IMG/VR virus record: IMGVR_UViG_3300013004_000041
Coordinates: 1 to 64,000 of that record
From: a virus
Direction: 5' to 3' (one strand)
DNA: 64,000 nt
The notes under the pieces were generated by a model, which searched no databases, had not been told where the DNA came from, and saw only the letters and a program-made list of their open reading frames with translations. Shown here piece by piece: positions 58,057-64,000 of this stretch. Numbering within the stretch: the stretch's first letter is position 1; each line of letters begins with the position of its first letter. The position numbers and the translations under genes were made by a program.

Positions 58057-59688
58057 TTACTTTAAAAGTGTTCCCATAACAGCAACTGTTGAGTTGTTAT
58101 TATCGGTTGTTACACGAAGACGAACATCATTTCCAGAAACATCTGCTGAAACTGATCCAAGTGAACCATTTGTTCCAACCATTGCGTATTCTGTTACTGC
58201 GACATTGTCTGATGTATCAAGTGTCAAGATAACCTTTGAAACCTCTGTATGAGTTCCATTTGCAATCTTAACAAGGAATTCAGCAGAACGATAGTTTGCC
58301 TTAGCCCATGAAACTGCTGTGTTTGTGCTTGCAGTTGCAACAGATGCTTCTGCTGCCACCTGCTTTGCTACTGAGGCAATCTCTACTGCAGGGAAGTCTG
58401 GAGTAACTGCCTCAAGAGCAGAAACTGCACGAGCATCTGTGAAGTAAAGGTTTGTTGTACCTTCTGCAAGTTGATCAGTATTAGAATCTGCTACACCGTT
58501 TTCTGCGGTGATGATAAGACCTGTAGTACTGTTACCTGTAATTGCGATATTTGTTAGTGATGCATTGAGAAGAAGATTTGCTGCTGAAGCCTTTGCACGA
58601 GCATCTGTGTGGTAAAGGTTTGCTCCTCCCTCTTCAATATCATCTGTGTCAAGACCATTTATTGCATTTGTTGTAAATGTCTCAGCATTAGTCTGTGCTG
58701 TTGAAGCAGAACCTGCTGCATCGTAGTTGATTGCAAGGCCGTCTGCGTAGTCTTCTGCTGCTTCTTGTGCTGCTGCTGCTGCACCATACATATCGTATGC
58801 TGCTGCTGTTGCTGCAAGGGCTGCTGTGTTAAAGTCAGAAATCTCTGCAGAGGTAAGACCTGTTACAGAAATAACATCATTTGTAATATCAATATTTGAG
58901 CCTGCAGTTAGAGTATCTTGCTTTCCTGCAACCAAGTTAGCAACATCTGTTGCGTAGTTTGGATTGTTAGCGATTGCATCAGCCAACTCATTGAGTGTAT
59001 CAAGAAGTGCTGGTGCGCCATCTACAAGTGCTGCGACTGCCTCATCTGCATGCTGCTCTGCTGCTGCTTGTGCTGCTGCTGCTGCACCCTTTGCATCGTA
59101 TGTATTAGATAGATCTAATGCTGTAATAGCATTATCTGTATAGGTATTTGCATCTGTTTCTGCATCTGCAATCTGTCCTTCAAGAGTTGTTACTGCTGAA
59201 GAAAGAGCATTTGATGCTGTTAGTTCTGCTGCTGCCTGGGCTGCGTTAGCCTTTGAAGTAGCGTCTGCTGCTGCATCTGCAATTGCTTCACCCTTTGCTG
59301 TAGCAACCTCTGCGTCTGTAGCAAAATCGCTATCAAGGGTTGTTGAAATTTGTACGTTTGCTGTACCGTCAAAAGATACAGAACCAGTTACATCACCAGT
59401 AAGTTCAATTGTACGAGCAGTCTCAAGTGCTGTTGCTGTATCTGCATTACCAGTTACATCGCCTGTAAGATTTGCTGTTATTGTTCCAGCAGAAAAGTTG
59501 CCTGAGCCATCACGCTTTACAACCTTATTTGCTTCATTTGCTGATGTGGCAGTTCCGCCAATCAGGCTGACGATATAATTCTGATCGTCTGTTTTCTTTG
59601 TAAGAATGTCAAAATTGTCAACCGTTGCTGTTGTGCCTTCAACAATGAGACCATTCTTTACCTTAAAGTCTTTATTTAATGTTGCCAT
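58057..59688 (-). CDS. Tail fibre protein
   Basis: DFKVKNGL N-terminus, KRDGSGNFSAGTITA, ARTIELTGDVTGS, EG..NLY.TDARA repeats. Confidence 0.78.
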   Translation of the reverse strand: MATLNKDFKVKNGLIVEGTTATVDNFDILTKKTDDQNYIVSLIGGTATSANEANKVVKRDGSGNFSAGTITANLTGDVTGNADTATALETARTIELTGDVTGSVSFDGTANVQISTTLDSDFATDAEVATAKGEAIADAAADATSKANAAQAAAELTASNALSSAVTTLEGQIADAETDANTYTDNAITALDLSNTYDAKGAAAAAQAAAEQHADEAVAALVDGAPALLDTLNELADAIANNPNYATDVANLVAGKQDTLTAGSNIDITNDVISVTGLTSAEISDFNTAALAATAAAYDMYGAAAAAQEAAEDYADGLAINYDAAGSASTAQTNAETFTTNAINGLDTDDIEEGGANLYHTDARAKASAANLLLNASLTNIAITGNSTTGLIITAENGVADSNTDQLAEGTTNLYFTDARAVSALEAVTPDFPAVEIASVAKQVAAEASVATASTNTAVSWAKANYRSAEFLVKIANGTHTEVSKVILTLDTSDNVAVTEYAMVGTNGSLGSVSADVSGNDVRLRVTTDNNNSTVAVMGTLLK

Positions 59689-59705
59689 TTGTTATCTCCT
59701 TTTTA

Positions 59706-60152
59706 TTACGCCTTAAGTCCAATTCGTGCATAACGAACTGTGACTGGACGGATTGTTGGGTCTGGAGTTACTGTAATTGAAACAGTATTTCCTACCCTAG
59801 AGACGCTAATGGTGCCAATATTCCCATCGTTGTCTATTGTTCCATATTCAGAGACGCTTACATTTGTACCGTCTACTAAAATGGTCAATTCTGTTGCATA
59901 GAATTTATTGTCTCCTGCTGTTACTTTAGCAATCGACACAAGGTACTTAACCATACGCCATTCAGTGGCATCGAAGTTATCGATAACTGTTGGGTTCTCA
60001 ATACCGTTGATTGTATTTTCATTATTACCGTGTGAACCAAGATCAAGCGACTGACCAGCAGCGCTGTCAATTAAATCTTCGTAGTCTTGTTGACTTGGAC
60101 GATCTCCAGATTCAAACTTTGTTTTTAGTGTAGCAAGTGATATTTTTGCCAT
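59706..60152 (-). CDS. Virion/fibre-associated protein
   Basis: LKTKFESGDRPSQQDYEDLIDS N-terminus; C-domain similar to that of 58057..59688. Confidence 0.65.
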   Translation of the reverse strand: MAKISLATLKTKFESGDRPSQQDYEDLIDSAAGQSLDLGSHGNNENTINGIENPTVIDNFDATEWRMVKYLVSIAKVTAGDNKFYATELTILVDGTNVSVSEYGTIDNDGNIGTISVSRVGNTVSITVTPDPTIRPVTVRYARIGLKA

Positions 60153-60182
60153 GGCTATATTATAACTCCCTTTTTATTTTTT

Positions 60183-60428
60183 TCAGAGGATGTAGTTATT
60201 GTAGCCAACAACTGCAACTCCAATACCAGCAGGATTTTCTTTAGAAAACCCAAAAACACCAACATTTATAAATTGCACCCTGAAAGGTAAAATATCTTCT
60301 ATTGTAGATTTATATTTTATATCATTTATTCTAATTGATCTTTTATCGAGTTCTGTTATTTGTGCATGTGCTAAACGATGAGTGGTTCTATATATTTGCT
60401 TAGATAGTTTTTGTGCGTTTGTTTGCAT
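60183..60428 (-). CDS. Hypothetical protein
   Basis: ORF coupled (TAATG) to upstream gene. Confidence 0.55.
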   Translation of the reverse strand: MQTNAQKLSKQIYRTTHRLAHAQITELDKRSIRINDIKYKSTIEDILPFRVQFINVGVFGFSKENPAGIGVAVVGYNNYIL

Positions 60429-60817
60429 TATTCCGTTACATCTTCAATGATAACCATAGATCCCTTGGCTACCGTCCAAACTCTTGTGCCAGAATCTAAT
60501 TCTGTGAGTTGGATATCAAAGATGTCTCCTGTTTCTAAAATTTCTGATTGTGCTGCTGTCAAAGAAACAGTAAAACTACCCTCTACATCTTGAAACTCAA
60601 TTGGTTCAGGAGTTAAAGATAAAACAACTTCGTCTGTTGATGGACGATAAACATCCATGGCAACTTCCCAATCTTCAAATAATAATGGATTTCTTTCGTC
60701 ATCTGTTACATAAACTCTAAATGCTGCAGAGTCTCCTCTAACTACCGTCCAACGAATTTCTGGTGGTGTTGAACCTAAAGAATAACTATCTGTTGTTTGA
60801 TTTCTAAAGGTGGCCAT
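60428..60817 (-). CDS. BppU-like/Ig-fold virion protein
   Basis: VRGDS..F.V, LTAAQS, FDIQL, TVAKG pattern. Confidence 0.55.
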   Translation of the reverse strand: MATFRNQTTDSYSLGSTPPEIRWTVVRGDSAAFRVYVTDDERNPLLFEDWEVAMDVYRPSTDEVVLSLTPEPIEFQDVEGSFTVSLTAAQSEILETGDIFDIQLTELDSGTRVWTVAKGSMVIIEDVTE

Positions 60818-60834
60818 ATCTTGATTATATCATA

Positions 60835-61350
60835 TTAGGCTAGTCCAGCCTTCAATGCTCCCCATGTTCCATTGCCTTTTGCTTGAATAACAATTACACC
60901 AGTTGTAGGGTTTGAAACAGCAACAATTCCAATGGCCCCACCAACGACGGTATCTGTAAGAGAACCAGAAGAATCTACATATAATAATTCTCCTACAGAA
61001 AAACCACTAGTATTAACATTTGTTAAAACGCCAGCAACTACCACTTCTCCACTTGCACCATCTGTCAATGATGTTTTTGTCAACCCAAGAAATGGATAAT
61101 TATCTGATAGTGATGATGTAAATAATTCTATTTGAGTTTTATTATTAATGTGACCTACAGCATAGACTGGCTTTGCTGCGCCTATTGTTGATCCTGAATT
61201 ATTTATTACTTTTACCCGCACATTTGACGCATCAAGAGAAGCAATAGCATCGTCAACATCGTCTGCTAATTTTTTAATATCATTATGCACATTAACAGAG
61301 TCAGTTGCCTGTGGATAAGTTAGACCATAGTTATTAGTTATTTCAGCCAT
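60835..61350 (-). CDS. Virion protein (decoration/fibre-like)
   Basis: YGLTYP..D N-terminus; NNSGSTI..PVY, GEVVVAG, GELLYV beta-clip-like pattern. Confidence 0.55.
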   Translation of the reverse strand: MAEITNNYGLTYPQATDSVNVHNDIKKLADDVDDAIASLDASNVRVKVINNSGSTIGAAKPVYAVGHINNKTQIELFTSSLSDNYPFLGLTKTSLTDGASGEVVVAGVLTNVNTSGFSVGELLYVDSSGSLTDTVVGGAIGIVAVSNPTTGVIVIQAKGNGTWGALKAGLA

Positions 61351-61371
61351 AGACAAATATTATATCATTGT

Positions 61372-61401
61372 TTGACTATATGTCCCAAATTGTGTTATAC
61401 T
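61372..61401 (+). promoter_or_regulatory. Sigma70-type promoter for the plus-strand gene
   Basis: TTGACT-18 nt-TATACT with extended TG; back-to-back with a minus-strand TGATATAAT at 61359-61367. Confidence 0.7.
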
Positions 61402-61457
61402 AAGAAGTAACATGGCACCCTTTAACAAGGTGTCATTCCGTTTCTAAGGAGGAAACT

Positions 61458-62021
61458 ATGATGAACTTTATGAATAATAACAGGCAAATCATTGGCACAC
61501 TCAGCATATTAGCAATGTTTGGCGTTTGGTCAAATGCCGCTAATGCTTCTGAAAACCGATTAGACGATAGTAAAAATATCGTGCTGCAAGAAACAATAGA
61601 GGCCACGAAAGTGGCCAAAAGTGTTTCTGAGGCTAAAGAAGATCAGTTAGAAAAATATAAAAATGCTGTAAATCTATCTGACAAAGAACTTAAAAATCTA
61701 CTATATTTAGTAGGTTTTGAAGGTCAAAAACTAAGAGAGGCTTGGGCTATTGCTAAGAAAGAATCTGGCGGTAGACCAATGGCGTTAAACCTTAGTAAAA
61801 GAACTGGAGATAGTTCTTATGGCTTATTTCAAATAAATATGATTGGCGACCTTGGTCCTGAGCGTAGAGATAAGTTTAAATTAGAATCAAACTACGAGTT
61901 ATTTAATCCAGTATTAAATGCTCAAATTGCATTTCACATGTCAAACGGCGGTGAAAATTGGATTGCCTGGAAGGGCATCACTCCAAGAACAAAAAGTCTA
62001 ATGTCTAATTTTCCACATTAG
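61458..62021 (+). CDS. Secreted lysozyme-like/SLT lytic transglycosylase
   Basis: Signal peptide ending ANA; AIAKKESGG, SYGLFQIN, NPVLNA, W.AW; AAGGAGG RBS. Confidence 0.88.
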   Translation: MMNFMNNNRQIIGTLSILAMFGVWSNAANASENRLDDSKNIVLQETIEATKVAKSVSEAKEDQLEKYKNAVNLSDKELKNLLYLVGFEGQKLREAWAIAKKESGGRPMALNLSKRTGDSSYGLFQINMIGDLGPERRDKFKLESNYELFNPVLNAQIAFHMSNGGENWIAWKGITPRTKSLMSNFPH

Positions 62022-62721
62022 TATTTTCCCATAAGTGTTTTTCTTTTTGATATCTTTCTTCAAATTCTAAAACACCACGGTAATCACAGCATGGGCATAT
62101 TGGTCTTCCGTCGGAATAATCTGGCTGAGACCAATATCCCATTCTGGCCCTAAATCTAAAGTCTGCCTCATGTCCATGCTTATCAAAACCAGCCTTTCCG
62201 CCTTCTGTAAAAAACCAATGGTCTGGCTCCGCAAATTGCATAAACAATAATGTTACATAGTCATCTTCGTTATCGCTTGGGTATGGAGTTCTCCAATGAA
62301 GCATATCATTTCCAGAAAATAACACACAACTATTAGGCTCTTCTTCAAACTCTTGATCTTCAACAACAAGTTTCCAATCTACAGTTTTCTCAATACAAAT
62401 ATCTAAAGAATATTGACAAGCAGACTGATCCCAATGCTTCCACAATTGTGGCTTAATTCCATTTTGCATTTGGTACCTTGCTGTATGAAAGCCTGCACGT
62501 TTTAAGTTTGGATTATTAAATGTTTTTCTTGCTATATCTAAGATTTCTTTTTCTGTTTCTTCATCAAAATGAATTTCTGTAAGCCATCTACCAGCAACGG
62601 TATGATAGAAATGATTTCCGTCTGGTCCCATATTTTTATCTAATATTTGCTTTTTAACATTGCCAAACATATGCGGTGGCAAAAAATTTTTAATAGCGAT
62701 TGGGCTAGTTATTGATGACAT
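62005..62721 (-). CDS. 2OG-Fe(II) oxygenase
   Basis: HWD...HWR facial-triad pattern; C-terminal CPCC. Confidence 0.75.
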   Translation of the reverse strand: MSSITSPIAIKNFLPPHMFGNVKKQILDKNMGPDGNHFYHTVAGRWLTEIHFDEETEKEILDIARKTFNNPNLKRAGFHTARYQMQNGIKPQLWKHWDQSACQYSLDICIEKTVDWKLVVEDQEFEEEPNSCVLFSGNDMLHWRTPYPSDNEDDYVTLLFMQFAEPDHWFFTEGGKAGFDKHGHEADFRFRARMGYWSQPDYSDGRPICPCCDYRGVLEFEERYQKEKHLWENTNVEN

Positions 62722-63265
62722 TATTACTCCTATTTTGTTCTCTTATTTTTTCAACATACCCTGGGCCTTCTGTAAAAAACCAATGGTCTGGCTCTACATA
62801 ATGAAAAAACACTACACCAATTTTATCATAATTATTAACTTTAGTATCTCTCCAATGCTCGTACTTTTCACCCATAAACATAACTGCCTCATTTGGCTCT
62901 GCCAAAAATTCAACACCATCTACAAATATTCCCCATGGCTCATTTTGATACAGAACTAGGTCTAGGGTATATGTACATGCATTGGCATCCTTGTGTCTAT
63001 GTAAACTAATAGTTTCTGATGAATATTCAGCAAAAAGAGAGTATGAAGGAAGGGCTGTTTCTGTTCCAAAAAACTCCCTTACTTTTGGCAATAATATATT
63101 ACTATATTCTTTTAGTATTGACTCTGACCCATCACCAAGTAGTTTTCTGCCAAACTCGTCTGTTCCTATTCTAGACAATAGTTCATGATTTTTAAAATAT
63201 TCACAGATTCTATTAAAGTCTTCTGGGCTAAGAGCATTTTTTATAATTCCTAACTCTTTATTCAT
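62705..63265 (-). CDS. 2OG-Fe(II) oxygenase, paralog
   Basis: HKD...HWR; shares EPDHWFFTEG with neighbour. Confidence 0.75.
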   Translation of the reverse strand: MNKELGIIKNALSPEDFNRICEYFKNHELLSRIGTDEFGRKLLGDGSESILKEYSNILLPKVREFFGTETALPSYSLFAEYSSETISLHRHKDANACTYTLDLVLYQNEPWGIFVDGVEFLAEPNEAVMFMGEKYEHWRDTKVNNYDKIGVVFFHYVEPDHWFFTEGPGYVEKIREQNRSNNVINN

Positions 63266-64000
63266 TTATATACCTCTTCATATTTCCAGAAAAATAATGA
63301 TGTATAAAGACATCATCTTTATTTGTTGTATCAAAGTCTGTACCTAAACATATATCTTTATCTTCAAAATACTCATATTTTATATTGCTTTGACGAATAT
63401 TATAATATGCAGCATATTGAGAAACATTCCAGAAGAAGATGTGATCTGTATTTGAATTAAGGCTACTAAAAATTTTATCTGTAAAATTATTAATTGTATC
63501 TATCCACAGTAGTTCAAAGTCTTTTAAGATTTTATTTATTTCTGTTTTACTTAATATCATTTGTCCATCATTGATTCCTGGATTTATATTAAGACTCTTT
63601 ATAAAATTTTGAACAACGCCGTCGTTAAACTCTTTTTTAAAATAACACATGTCCTTATTGTATTTATTTAATAATTCTATTGGACTTTTATAAAAAATAG
63701 TATCTGTATCTAAAAATAAAACTCTATCATATTCATGCTGTTTGATAAAATTTAAAATATTTATCCATCTATGATGAAGCCAAATGTTCCATGGATGAAC
63801 TGGAACTTTATTGCTCCATCTTTTAAAAACCTCATCATTGTTAAAATCAATAAGAATAACTTTATTATCTATAAAAAACTGGTCTATAATTTTTGTTTTA
63901 GATGATATGTAAACAAAAATATCAATATCTGAAAACTTTCTTATTGAAGATATGGAATGTTTCAATTGTTTATAGTTATGATGAACTGATGGATTGTCTT
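63258..64000 (-). CDS. GT-A fold nucleotide-diphospho-sugar transferase, 5' truncated
   Basis: FLDTDTIF, INDGQ, IHHY; frame stays open to the window end. Confidence 0.7.
   Translation of the reverse strand, partial: DNPSVHHNYKQLKHSISSIRKFSDIDIFVYISSKTKIIDQFFIDNKVILIDFNNDEVFKRWSNKVPVHPWNIWLHHRWINILNFIKQHEYDRVLFLDTDTIFYKSPIELLNKYNKDMCYFKKEFNDGVVQNFIKSLNINPGINDGQMILSKTEINKILKDFELLWIDTINNFTDKIFSSLNSNTDHIFFWNVSQYAAYYNIRQSNIKYEYFEDKDICLGTDFDTTNKDDVFIHHYFSGNMKRYINE

Noticed and set aside
61402-61457. c-di-AMP (ydaO) or other riboswitch upstream of the muralytic gene
   Set aside because: Leader is only about 50 nt with one hairpin; too short, and no recognisable consensus.
1-64000. tRNA, rRNA, integrase or transposase genes
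   Set aside because: Intergenic spaces are very short and none showed cloverleaf or recombinase signatures by eye; not computationally excluded.

Overview
A 64-kb segment of a large, AT-rich tailed dsDNA phage with a long non-contractile tail (siphovirus-like). All but one gene lie on the minus strand. Reading in the direction of transcription (right to left): accessory glycosyltransferase and 2OG-Fe(II) oxygenases; one plus-strand secreted lytic transglycosylase; tail-fibre genes; a roughly 6.7-kb modification cluster; class II RNR; a LamG-like virion protein; the head module (portal, protease/scaffold, MCP, connectors); the tail module (MTP, two paralogous chaperones, giant tape measure, minor tail proteins); the replication/recombination module (DnaB, primase, inserted flavin halogenase, SSB, DnaE, RecA, Cas4-like nuclease, RuvC); terminase; and a truncated secreted surface-type protein. 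Gene content and many leaderless TGnTATAAT promoters suggest an actinobacterial host (inference). The best candidate for a novel system is at 48.9-55.6 kb. There a PASTA-like / 19x F-x-H aromatic repeat / Hint-domain protein is followed directly by putative tailoring enzymes (oxygenase, DUF6065-like paralogs, ferredoxin, SunS-like GT2, sugar epimerase), a RiPP-like or protein-modification cassette. Other oddities: an atypical kinase domain inside the tape measure, tail chaperones made by duplication rather than frameshift, an in-frame TAG in TerL, a +1 break in the tape measure, and tandem DnaA-box-like 9-mers. All family calls come from motif recognition by eye; no database search was run.
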